From assembly GCA_026004395.1 (NCBI GenBank), contig BPJB01000001.1, positions 161,370-225,369 of the forward strand: a stretch of DNA of 64,000 bases. The letters run 5' to 3'. This DNA comes from Patescibacteria group bacterium (lineage in GTDB: Bacteria > Patescibacteriota > Microgenomatia > Levybacterales > UBA12049). A program made the translations under genes and the position numbers. Below the pieces are notes generated by a model. That model was not told the origin of the DNA and ran no database searches. It worked only from the letters and a program-made list of their open reading frames with translations. Shown here piece by piece: positions 29,509 to 38,467 of this stretch (position 1 is its first letter; each line of letters starts with the position of its first letter).

Positions 29509-29802
29509 ATGTGTCCTCCAAATGAAACACTGACTGAGATTGGGTGCTTGCCAACCGATCCTATCCAATTTATAGGAAGATTTTATGGTATTGGTTTAAG
29601 TCTTATTGGAGGAGTATCTCTCATTTTTATAATCATCGGAGGTTATATTATCCTTACATCGCAAGGTAATCCAGACCAAATTAATGTAGGTAAAAGTTAT
29701 ATATTTTATGCTATCCTAGGGCTACTTCTTGCTATTTTTGGTTTTGTCTTTATTGAGGTGGTTATGGTTGATATTTTACAAATTCCAGGATTTAGTACTT
29801 AG
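29509..29802 (+). CDS. Small two-helix membrane protein, TrbC/VirB2-pilin-like topology (tentative)
   Basis: A 97-aa protein with two hydrophobic helices separated by a short polar loop (…LTSQGNPDQ…). Its stop lies 7 nt upstream of the giant polytopic membrane protein gene. Confidence 0.45.
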   Translation: MCPPNETLTEIGCLPTDPIQFIGRFYGIGLSLIGGVSLIFIIIGGYIILTSQGNPDQINVGKSYIFYAILGLLLAIFGFVFIEVVMVDILQIPGFST

Positions 29803-29809
29803 ATAAAAT

Positions 29810-32800
29810 ATGAAAAAGCTTCTGCCCAGTGTATTGATAATTGGTCTTCTGTATCTATTCTTCTTTTTTCCTTTTCATGTGTTTGCTCAGGACGCAGGAT
29901 TACAATCTCCTATGACTATTACTACTACGACAGATCTGCCGCAAGAGGGAGCATGGATTAAAGATCCTGAGGTTACAAAGGTAGGGAAAAATGCTGCAAG
30001 ATCGGGAATGCTTCTTGATTGGACTCTTCAGGAATATCATTGGGCATCAACGAGCGCTGAGTCAGTGAGACCGCTGGCTGAATTCTGGACTGTTATTCAA
30101 AGAATAGTTTATTCACTCTTTCTTTTTGTGATTATTGTAACGGCTTTAATATTAATTATTACACGAGGCAAAAGCATTTCCGCTCGTCGTTTTTTGCCTA
30201 GATTCTTTTTCGTAATTTTATTGGTTACTTTCTCGTTTTCATTGGTTAAATTTGTCTACCAAATTACAGATATTTTTCAAGGTTTTTTTCTTAAAAATCC
30301 ACAAGGTCAGATTATTTCCTCAAGAGATCTTCTTTATGTTGGTTTTGATTATAAAGACTTCGTAGGATTGAGAGTTTTTGGTCAACAATATGATGAGTCA
30401 GCGATGATAGCGCTTCTTTTAGTTAAACTTACAGCTTTTACTTATTATGTAATGTCTATATTGCTTATTGTACGCAAAATTATATTATGGTTTTTTATTG
30501 TTGTATCTCCAATTTTTCCTCTCCTTCTTCTTTTCTATCCATTGCGTAATACTGCCAAAATCTGGTTAGGAGAATTTTTTCGTTGGGTATTATATGCTCC
30601 TTTATTTGCTATTTTCCTTTCAGGTCTTGTTAAGATGTGGCAAAGTTCTCTGCCTCTACCTTTTAATTTTATAGGGGAGAATGTCCGTGATAATGTAATC
30701 TATCCAACTGCAATCAATATTCTTCTTGGAGGTCCTCAACGATTGGTTACTATTGATAATAGTGTTAATCTGCCTAACACTTTTGCACTCTATTTGGTTG
30801 CTCTTTTAATGTTGTGGGTGGTTATTATTCTACCTTTTATCTTGCTTCAGATATTTCTTGATTATATGTACACATTCACTTTTAAGGATTCACCAATTTT
30901 CAAACAAATGATGGGTTTTATTAATAATCGTTTTATTCCTCCATCACCTCCGCCTTTGTCTCCTACTGCTCCTGGACAGCCTTCGGGTCTTGCTCGCAAT
31001 CTCCCATTTGGAAAGCGTATCTCTCTACCTCAAGGAGCTGGTATTGCACGTTCAATTCCTACTGATGTAGCTACTTCACAAAAAGCAAATATTGCTAGAC
31101 CATTTGTTGCATCAAAAGTGGATCAGTCTAAAGTTCTGCGTATGGTCAATCTTTCAATCCCAACAATGCAAGATATCGCACGTTTTGAACGAGCTAGATT
31201 AGAGAAGGATACACTCCAGAAAAAAGAAATTGAAAGAACGCGACAGATTCTTAGAAATATTGCAAACCCAATGAGTATCACAACTGCGTCTGAGAGAGAA
31301 CGCTTCATGCATATCCGTGAGATGCTGCTTAAAGAAAGTCAAAGTGGAAATCCTGTTGCGCTAACAGTTCTTCAAGCAGCCACAAACTATTATATGTCAA
31401 ATGTCTCACAACAATTTTTATCTCAATCACAGGCAACAGAAGAGATTATTCAAAATATTGCGCATCCTGAGAAGATCACCAATACTCTGGAGAGAGAAAG
31501 AATTCTTCAGCTTAAAGAGCAGATTATCAAATCAAGTAAAGAAAATAATCCTCTAGCAACTACTCTTTTAAAAGTTATTTCCCAAATTGAAAATTCTACC
31601 AAACAGCAACTGCAGAAAACATTAGAGAAAATTTCGCAACCTCAATTGATACAATCAACAGATGAAAAAGAAAAATATCAAGAACTTCGTGAGCGTATTG
31701 TTGCAGCCAGTAGATCAGGAAATCAACTGGCAGTACTTCTTCTTAAGTCATTGGAGTCTAAGACTTCTCTTGATCAAGTACAAGCTCTGAAGGAACAGCT
31801 TATTAAAGCTCGCGATGCAGGTAATCCTTTAGCTTCAGAAATACTGAATATTGCATCATCCACAACAAAAGAGTTGTCCAATGAACAGATCACAACGATT
31901 GAATCTGAAATTAGAGAAGCACAAAAAAGAGGAGATCCACTTGCATATCTACTGATGATGATGCTCTCTCAAAAAACAAAGTCGAAGACCGAGTCTCCAA
32001 CCCCGGCTACTTTGAAACTTAAAAAAGGCACATTCCCGGTTGTCAATAGAATTCAACAAGTTAGTCTTGATGATTATGAAGCAGTAAAGAAACTCTGGAA
32101 AGACAATTATCAAAATCTGGATATTCCTCAAGAAGTTGAAGGATTCAGATCACGAAGAGAATGGATCTTAAATGATATTGATTCAATACAAAAAACAATC
32201 AATTTGCTTACTTCACAAAATCCTCAAGATATAGAAGAGGGAATGAAGAATGTTTCCGATATTTTACCATTCCTTCTAATAGGAGGATTTTCACAGACTG
32301 AAATCATAGCTTATCTTAAAGCAAAAATGGAGGCTGCAAAATCTGTACTTGAAGAGTTGGATAAAGAGACAACAGAAGATCTTGTTGAGTCCAGACCTTC
32401 TAAAACTTCTTCTCAACATCAACTGCATATGAGTGTTCAGGAGAGTATAGATAATACGTCTAATCAATATGAAAATGAGATTAACAATTCTATTACAAAT
32501 TTTTACAGTATCAATGCTTCGATTGCACAACAGAGCGATCTGTCAACAAAATCAGTTAATTTTCAATCTGCACAAAATGCAAATTCCTTATTAACGTTAG
32601 TCAATCTTCCTCTGCCTACCATGCAAGATATTGTTAAGTATGAGAAGGCACTTTCTTCTAAGGATACAACTTCTAAAAAAGAGGTAGAAAAGTTTCTTCA
32701 GACGTTAAAGAAACTTGCAGATCCAGAACATCTTACACAAGAAGAAAAAGAAAAGATACAAGCAGTAAAAGATACTCTAGAGAAGGAGAGTAAACAAGGC

Positions 32801-35236
32801 AATATACTTGCAGAGTCTATTCTTACGGCTACAAAACTGAGCCAAGAGCAATTTACAGAAAAAGATATTCCAATTCTTTTACAGCTGTTGCGAACGATCA
32901 CCGATCCATCAATGGCAGAAGATCCTTCAGAACAAGAAACCTACAGAAGGTTATATTCTCAGCTAAGTAATGCCAAACAACAGGCACAGCCTCTAGCTTT
33001 GGAAATCTTTCGTCTAATTGATACATTAGCTCAAAAAGAGTCAGAGTTGACAGCCGTGTTTCTCCAAAAACTCAGCGACCCTGATTCTCTAACAGATGCT
33101 AACGGAAGATTGACATTTCTCAAACTGAAGGAAAGATTACAAGAAGAAAGCAGTAAAGGTAATCAACTCGCATCATTTATCCTTCAGGAAGCTAAAAGAG
33201 ATACTAATCTGATTAACGCTAATAAAGTTAGACTTAAGATTATTGAATCAGCTTTAGATGGTGATCAGTTGGCAAATTTTATTCTCTCAACTCATATACA
33301 GCAGATACCTACTGCTCTTCAAAATCAGGCTCTAACCGTATATAAAATCCTTAGAGATGAAAAACAAAAAGGAAATACTCTAGCACAATCACTATTGAGA
33401 TTATTAGAGTCGAAAAAGCAAACCACCTCAACTAAGATTCATCCTTTATTACCTAAACAGAATCGTATTCAACAAGTAAGCCTTGAAGATTATGAAGCTG
33501 TGAAGAAACTCTGGAAAGAAAATTTCCTTTCAGATGAGATAACAGGTTATTCGGATAAAGAAAGAGCAGAATGGATAAAAAAAGAGATTGCCAATGTTTC
33601 AGAGACAATTAACCTTCTTTCATCTTCAAATCCAGAAGATATTGAGCAGGGAATGAGTCGAGTTGGAGAAATTCTTCCCTTCCTTCTTATTGGAGGATTT
33701 TCACAAGGTGAGATATTAGGATATTTGAAAGCAAAATTGGAAGCTGGTAAATCAGCACTGGAAGAAATTGAAAATAATCAAGATGAGGTAGTTAGAGTAG
33801 AGAGTAATCTTAAGAGCAAAAAAAACGAAAAGACGTTATCTTTTAGTAAAGACTTTGTCGGAGAAATGCAGCAGACTGCTGCTAAAAAAACTGATGACAA
33901 AAAATATAGAGATAAAGAGGAACTAGTTTCATCTCTAAATCTACAAGCTAATCTTCCTCAAACTGAGACTCTTCTTAAGACGCTCTCTCTTCCTTTTTAT
34001 AATCTGAAGGACATTCCCTCTCTTGATATACAGCAGAAAATCACTCCTTCAGCAGCATTTTTAGAACTTGGTGCTCTTTTAAAACTTGCTCATCCGGATA
34101 AGATTAAAGATGCAAAAGAGAAAGAAAAGTTTGCACAAATACGTTCTGCTTTGGTTTCGCAAGCTCGTGATGGAGATGAGTATGCATCATCTATTCTTGC
34201 TGTAGCAGATATCATTTCAGAAAAGGCAGATTCTGAAGATATAGCTCTTCTTACACTTAAAACATTGCAAAAAATTGTATTTCCCGATCTTTGTAAGATA
34301 GATGAACAACAAGAGATGCATTCTCTTAATCAGCAATTACAACAGGAGATACAAAAAGGAAATCTTCTTGCGAGTGAAGGAGAGAAGCTAGCAATAGCAT
34401 ATAAACAAGCACAGCTAGATCAACTTGCTAACTTGATAAGTGAGCTTTATAGTGCGCAAGCAGGATCAGAAGATTCCGAAGAAACACTTCGCGTGTTGAG
34501 AAAACAATTAGAGAATGCTCGTGCAATTGGAAATAACATTGCAGAAAAAATTATTGCATTTGGCGAGAAACAACCCAGTAAATATGAAATTGAAAAACTT
34601 CTAATTTCTTTGTATGAAATCAAAGAAACAGATCGTCTTATATCAACTCTATTCACTTCCTATCTTGCACCTTCGTCTGAATTGTTGTCGCTTGCTAGAG
34701 CTTACTATGAAAAACTGCAAAAACAGAAAAATAATCCATTTGCAGCTTTGTTGATTAGACTAATCAGAAAACAATTACAACAAAGAAAAAGAACGGTCGC
34801 TTCTCTTAGTTTGCCACAACAAAATAGATTGCAACAAGTAAGTCTTGAAGATTATGAGGCAGTAAAGAGGCTCTGGTATGAAATTTATCTTCGTGGAGAT
34901 ATTCCGCTTGATGATGAGGGAGAAACACAATCTCGCGAACAATGGATTGCATCGGATAAAGAAAAACTAATTAACACAGTAAATCTTCTCACATCTGATG
35001 ATCCAGTGAATAATAGAAGAGCTATGGAACAGATTATAGATATTTTGCCATTCCTTCTTATTGGGGGATTCTCCAAAGATGAAATGGTGGGTTATTTAAA
35101 AGCAAAGAGAGAAGCAGCTGAGATGGCTTTGTCGGTACTTAGTGATCAAAAAGAATCTATTTTTTTAAATTCACAAAAAGAAGCTAATTCTCAATCAATA
35201 GCAAAAAACCAAAACTTAAAGAAAGATACTTTCTGA
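29810..35236 (+). CDS. Giant (1808 aa) polytopic membrane protein: signal peptide, a 5-6 TM N-terminal domain (VirB6/TrbL-like topology, tentative), a P-rich linker, and about 1400 aa of alpha-helical repeats in three super-modules
   Basis: One uninterrupted 5.4 kb frame. N-terminal cleavable-type signal (MKKLLPSVLIIGLLYLFFFFPFHVFAQDAG), TM helices between aa 95-370, then a PPSPPPLSPTAPGQPSG linker. After that come repeated ~40-aa units (…ERERF.xIRExLLKESQSGNPVALTVL…) and three copies of a ~115-aa module (…QQVSLEDYEAVKKLWKEN……ILPFLLIGGFSQ.EI.GYLKAK.EA…). Confidence 0.7.
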   Translation: MKKLLPSVLIIGLLYLFFFFPFHVFAQDAGLQSPMTITTTTDLPQEGAWIKDPEVTKVGKNAARSGMLLDWTLQEYHWASTSAESVRPLAEFWTVIQRIVYSLFLFVIIVTALILIITRGKSISARRFLPRFFFVILLVTFSFSLVKFVYQITDIFQGFFLKNPQGQIISSRDLLYVGFDYKDFVGLRVFGQQYDESAMIALLLVKLTAFTYYVMSILLIVRKIILWFFIVVSPIFPLLLLFYPLRNTAKIWLGEFFRWVLYAPLFAIFLSGLVKMWQSSLPLPFNFIGENVRDNVIYPTAINILLGGPQRLVTIDNSVNLPNTFALYLVALLMLWVVIILPFILLQIFLDYMYTFTFKDSPIFKQMMGFINNRFIPPSPPPLSPTAPGQPSGLARNLPFGKRISLPQGAGIARSIPTDVATSQKANIARPFVASKVDQSKVLRMVNLSIPTMQDIARFERARLEKDTLQKKEIERTRQILRNIANPMSITTASERERFMHIREMLLKESQSGNPVALTVLQAATNYYMSNVSQQFLSQSQATEEIIQNIAHPEKITNTLERERILQLKEQIIKSSKENNPLATTLLKVISQIENSTKQQLQKTLEKISQPQLIQSTDEKEKYQELRERIVAASRSGNQLAVLLLKSLESKTSLDQVQALKEQLIKARDAGNPLASEILNIASSTTKELSNEQITTIESEIREAQKRGDPLAYLLMMMLSQKTKSKTESPTPATLKLKKGTFPVVNRIQQVSLDDYEAVKKLWKDNYQNLDIPQEVEGFRSRREWILNDIDSIQKTINLLTSQNPQDIEEGMKNVSDILPFLLIGGFSQTEIIAYLKAKMEAAKSVLEELDKETTEDLVESRPSKTSSQHQLHMSVQESIDNTSNQYENEINNSITNFYSINASIAQQSDLSTKSVNFQSAQNANSLLTLVNLPLPTMQDIVKYEKALSSKDTTSKKEVEKFLQTLKKLADPEHLTQEEKEKIQAVKDTLEKESKQGNILAESILTATKLSQEQFTEKDIPILLQLLRTITDPSMAEDPSEQETYRRLYSQLSNAKQQAQPLALEIFRLIDTLAQKESELTAVFLQKLSDPDSLTDANGRLTFLKLKERLQEESSKGNQLASFILQEAKRDTNLINANKVRLKIIESALDGDQLANFILSTHIQQIPTALQNQALTVYKILRDEKQKGNTLAQSLLRLLESKKQTTSTKIHPLLPKQNRIQQVSLEDYEAVKKLWKENFLSDEITGYSDKERAEWIKKEIANVSETINLLSSSNPEDIEQGMSRVGEILPFLLIGGFSQGEILGYLKAKLEAGKSALEEIENNQDEVVRVESNLKSKKNEKTLSFSKDFVGEMQQTAAKKTDDKKYRDKEELVSSLNLQANLPQTETLLKTLSLPFYNLKDIPSLDIQQKITPSAAFLELGALLKLAHPDKIKDAKEKEKFAQIRSALVSQARDGDEYASSILAVADIISEKADSEDIALLTLKTLQKIVFPDLCKIDEQQEMHSLNQQLQQEIQKGNLLASEGEKLAIAYKQAQLDQLANLISELYSAQAGSEDSEETLRVLRKQLENARAIGNNIAEKIIAFGEKQPSKYEIEKLLISLYEIKETDRLISTLFTSYLAPSSELLSLARAYYEKLQKQKNNPFAALLIRLIRKQLQQRKRTVASLSLPQQNRLQQVSLEDYEAVKRLWYEIYLRGDIPLDDEGETQSREQWIASDKEKLINTVNLLTSDDPVNNRRAMEQIIDILPFLLIGGFSKDEMVGYLKAKREAAEMALSVLSDQKESIFLNSQKEANSQSIAKNQNLKKDTF
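32054..32360 (+). repeat. Intragenic repeat copy 1 (conserved ~300 bp core of a ~1.4 kb super-repeat)
   Basis: caacaagttagtcttgatgattatgaagcagtaaagaaactctggaaagac… through …attttaccattccttctaataggaggattttcacag… This recurs at 33470 and 34832 with about 80% identity. Confidence 0.7.
33470..33770 (+). repeat. Intragenic repeat copy 2
   Basis: caacaagtaagccttgaagattatgaagctgtgaagaaactctggaaagaaaat… through …attcttcccttccttcttattggaggattttcacaagg…. Confidence 0.7.
34832..35140 (+). repeat. Intragenic repeat copy 3
   Basis: caacaagtaagtcttgaagattatgaggcagtaaagaggctctggtatgaaatt… through …attttgccattccttcttattgggggattctccaaag…. Confidence 0.7.
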
Positions 35237-35290
35237 TTATACTACAGAAAGTATCTTGCTATTGCTAAATTTTTAGTATTTAATAAGTAT

Positions 35291-37966
35291 ATGCTAGGTA
35301 ATTTATTCACCCAACGAAAACCAGTGAAACCTTCCATCGCAAGTGATGAGCAAGCAGGAATTGCTCAGTCAAGCGTCTCCGAACAGCAAATATCTTCTTC
35401 AGGCACTACAGCTGCAGTTGGTTCGCGTATGGATCCTCTCATGCGCCAAAATCTTTCTGCTTTATCTCATCTTGATGCTCGAACAACACAGGTGCTTCAT
35501 CATGCACAGGATGAAACCAAACGAATTCGTCAGGCACAAATACGACCGGAACAACTTCTTCTTGGACTCCTCTATGATGAAGAAATATTTAAACTTCTTG
35601 AACAGTTTGAAGTGGATGTTGCCAAGCTTTCGCAAGAAATTCAATCAAAAGAACAGATTGGTACTTATCTAGGTCAACCCACACTCAGTAATGAGAGTAT
35701 TCAAATTTTTGAGCAAGCGTATCGTGAAACAAAGAAAAGAGGAGAAAGTTTCGTTTCTCCTGAGGATCTACTTATGGTTATCTGCGATAGTAACTATGAG
35801 GCTAGCCTTGTTCTTAAAGAAAAAGGTATCAAAAGAGAACAGATAGAAGAAAGGGTGGCAAAATCTTCAATATTTATTAAAGGCAGGAAATCGATTCTGC
35901 AGCAGTACGGAATTGATCTAACAGAGGAAGCACGGGAAGGGAAATTGGATCCTATTGCAGGCAGAGATAAAGAAATAGATAGACTTATACATATTTTACT
36001 TAGACGAACGAAAAATAATCCCATTATTATTGGCGAAGCAGGCGTGGGTAAGACAGCTTTGGTTGAAGGATTGGCTCAGAAGATAGTCTCTGGAAACGCT
36101 CCGAAAGAACTTCAAAATAAACGTATATTTCAGTTAGATCTTGCATCGCTTATTGCGGGAGCAAGTCATCGGGGAGAGTTTGAAGAGAGATTGAAGGGAG
36201 TTATTAATGAGACAATTGCTGCAGAAGGACAGATAATTCTTTTTATTGATGAAATTCATACCCTCATTGGTACTGGAGATACTGAAGGTGCACTTGATGC
36301 ATCCAATATAATTAAGCCACATTTGGCTAGAGGTCACATACAAGTTATTGGTACTACTACTACCTCTGAATACCGTAAACACTTTGAGAAGGATAAAGCA
36401 TTTGAAAGAAGATTCCAACCTGTTCTTTGCGAGGAACCAGATGAGTCTACAGCAGTTCAGATGTTGAAAGTGCTGCAACCAAAATATGAGAAATTTCACA
36501 CAGTTGTCTTCCCAGAAGATACACTCATTGCAGCAGTTAAGCTTTCTAAAAAATATATAGGTGATCGCTACTTGCCGGACAAAGCAGTTGATCTTCTTGA
36601 TGAAGCAGCAGCTCATGTCAAGCTTGAAATTGAGGGTGGCAAAAGATCAGGAAATACAGTTGAGAAAAAAGATATAGAACAAGTTGTGAGTAACTGGACA
36701 GGGATTCCTGTTACTCGATTGACTGAAGATGAAAGTCAAAAACTTCTCAATCTTGAGAAAAAGATTCATGAGCGACTTATAGATCAAGAAGAAGCAGTAA
36801 TTGCTGTGGCTGAGGCTGTTCGTCGAGGGAGGATAGGTCTTTCTGCGGCAAATCGTCCTATTGCTTCATTTATTTTTCTTGGTCCAACAGGAGTTGGCAA
36901 GACGGAATTGGCAAAGACATTAGCTGAGATTCTTTTTGGTCGAGACGATGCAATGGTCAGGCTAGACATGAGTGAATATATGGAAAAACATGAGGTAGCA
37001 AAACTTATCGGTGCTCCGCCTGGTTATGTGGGTTATGAAGAAGGAGGGCAGCTCACAGAGGCTGTACGGCAAAAGCCTTACTCAATTGTTCTCTTAGATG
37101 AGGTAGAGAAAGCCCATCCAGATGTTTTTAATATTCTTCTTCAGCTTTTGGAAGATGGAAGACTTACAGATAATAAAGGCAATACAATTTCATTTAAAAA
37201 TACTATTGTCATTTGCACTTCCAATATTGGCAGTAGTCTCATTCAACAGCAACTAAGTGAGAAAGAAGATTCAATGCAACAATCTCAAGAGGAGTTTAAT
37301 AAACAGTTTGAAGAATTAGCAAGTATGGTAAGTAATGAACTTCATAAATTCTTCCGTCCTGAACTTTTGAATAGATTTGATGATATCGTTATATTTAAAC
37401 CATTGCGTAAATCAGATATGAACGCAATTGCCAAGCTTGGAATAGCAAAAACAGCTAAGCTCCTTGAAGATCAAGGATATCACTTACAAACCACAGAGAA
37501 AGCTATTGCCGAGCTTGCTAAGGAAGGTTATGACCCAGTTTATGGGGCTCGTCCATTGAGACGTCTAATCCAAACAGCCATAGAGAACCAAATAGCACTT
37601 CTTATCATTGGCAGAACGTTTGTCCCAGGCGATACGATCATTGTTGATTTTGATGAGACACAGGGAGTATTTAGATTTAGTAAAGGGAGCGGTGAGAGAT
37701 TAGAGAACAGAGATAATCTGTCAGAGTCTTCTGAAAGTCTAAAGGAAAATGCTCAAGTTGAAGATACTTTTTCTGCCGAAACTTCAATCAATCAACCGGA
37801 TGCAGTGAGTCTTAATAATCAATCGGAAGACTCATCATCATCAATCTTAGCACACGATCCCCTCTCTGATATTAATGGATCATTATTAAGAAATAATCAG
37901 ACAGATATTCAGGGGCAGCCTCCATTATCTCAAGGAAGTGGAGATAATCTTACCACTACAAATTAG
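35291..37966 (+). CDS. Hsp100/Clp-family AAA+ ATPase with two intact nucleotide-binding domains and two Clp_N repeats, ClpA/ClpC-like, no long M-domain, no recognisable ClpP-binding (I/L)G(F/L) loop, S/Q-rich N- and C-terminal tails
   Basis: D1 has …IIIGEAGVGKTALVEGLA… (Walker A) and …ILFIDEIHTL… (Walker B). D2 has …FIFLGPTGVGKTELAK… and …SIVLLDEVEKAH…. Only about 35 aa lie between D1 and D2. The IG[FL]-loop position reads …NIGSSLIQQQ…. The C-terminal 120 aa are low complexity. Confidence 0.8.
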   Translation: MLGNLFTQRKPVKPSIASDEQAGIAQSSVSEQQISSSGTTAAVGSRMDPLMRQNLSALSHLDARTTQVLHHAQDETKRIRQAQIRPEQLLLGLLYDEEIFKLLEQFEVDVAKLSQEIQSKEQIGTYLGQPTLSNESIQIFEQAYRETKKRGESFVSPEDLLMVICDSNYEASLVLKEKGIKREQIEERVAKSSIFIKGRKSILQQYGIDLTEEAREGKLDPIAGRDKEIDRLIHILLRRTKNNPIIIGEAGVGKTALVEGLAQKIVSGNAPKELQNKRIFQLDLASLIAGASHRGEFEERLKGVINETIAAEGQIILFIDEIHTLIGTGDTEGALDASNIIKPHLARGHIQVIGTTTTSEYRKHFEKDKAFERRFQPVLCEEPDESTAVQMLKVLQPKYEKFHTVVFPEDTLIAAVKLSKKYIGDRYLPDKAVDLLDEAAAHVKLEIEGGKRSGNTVEKKDIEQVVSNWTGIPVTRLTEDESQKLLNLEKKIHERLIDQEEAVIAVAEAVRRGRIGLSAANRPIASFIFLGPTGVGKTELAKTLAEILFGRDDAMVRLDMSEYMEKHEVAKLIGAPPGYVGYEEGGQLTEAVRQKPYSIVLLDEVEKAHPDVFNILLQLLEDGRLTDNKGNTISFKNTIVICTSNIGSSLIQQQLSEKEDSMQQSQEEFNKQFEELASMVSNELHKFFRPELLNRFDDIVIFKPLRKSDMNAIAKLGIAKTAKLLEDQGYHLQTTEKAIAELAKEGYDPVYGARPLRRLIQTAIENQIALLIIGRTFVPGDTIIVDFDETQGVFRFSKGSGERLENRDNLSESSESLKENAQVEDTFSAETSINQPDAVSLNNQSEDSSSSILAHDPLSDINGSLLRNNQTDIQGQPPLSQGSGDNLTTTN

Positions 37967-38137
37967 CTTCAAAAAATTTAGACTGAGATTATTTGAGTTT
38001 TCTATTTAGAGTTTCTATACTTAAGATAGGTAATAAATGACAAAAATCTATAGTTTTCAATTTCGTTTTCAATTTTTACCAATGAAGTAAAAATTGTAAC
38101 GACAGAATAATATATAAGTTTATTTTTAATTTTTACT

Positions 38138-38467
38138 ATGTTTTCGTACCTCAGATTTCCATATTATTTTGTTCGATTTTGGTTCATTGAAGCTCCATCC
38201 GGTATTTTGGATTTTTTTCTTTCTCTCAATCATGCATTTTTTCATTTTTTCTCTCTTCCATTATTTTTGCGTACATTTTTTCAACCTTTGAAAAATGAAT
38301 ACCGCACGGGTTTAGTAGGATTTTCTATAGGAATGGGTATTGCGGTTAAAACGGTGTTAATTTTGGTTGATATTTTACTTTTTATTATTCTTCTTGTTTT
38401 TGAAGCCGCAGTTTTAGTTGCATTTGTTATATTTCCTTTTTTAACAATAGCATTACTTTTATGGTAG
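38138..38467 (+). CDS. Small multi-pass membrane protein (3-4 TM)
   Basis: A strongly hydrophobic 109-aa ORF whose stop overlaps the start of the downstream Hsp100 paralog by 7 nt (ATGGTAG). Confidence 0.4.
   Translation: MFSYLRFPYYFVRFWFIEAPSGILDFFLSLNHAFFHFFSLPLFLRTFFQPLKNEYRTGLVGFSIGMGIAVKTVLILVDILLFIILLVFEAAVLVAFVIFPFLTIALLLW

Noticed and set aside
31141-35150. Whether the periodic repeats at 31-35 kb could be a CRISPR array or a non-coding satellite.
   Set aside because: The repeats are in-frame coding periodicity of one long ORF, with units of about 120 bp and about 1.4 kb, imperfect, and no unique spacers. There are no short, identical direct repeats with regular spacing.
35237-35290. 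CtsR or CIRCE heat-shock operators upstream of the Hsp100 genes.
   Set aside because: There is no GGTCAAA direct repeat and no TTAGCACTC-N9-GAGTGCTAA. Only AT-rich sequence with partial TTGCTA fragments is present.
38138-38467. Whether ORF 38138-38467 and ORF 38461-40878 are one gene broken by a frameshift.
   Set aside because: The junction ATGGTAG is a common overlapping stop/start arrangement for translational coupling, and the downstream ORF has its own hydrophobic N-terminus. A sequencing frameshift cannot be excluded from sequence alone, so I kept them as two genes.
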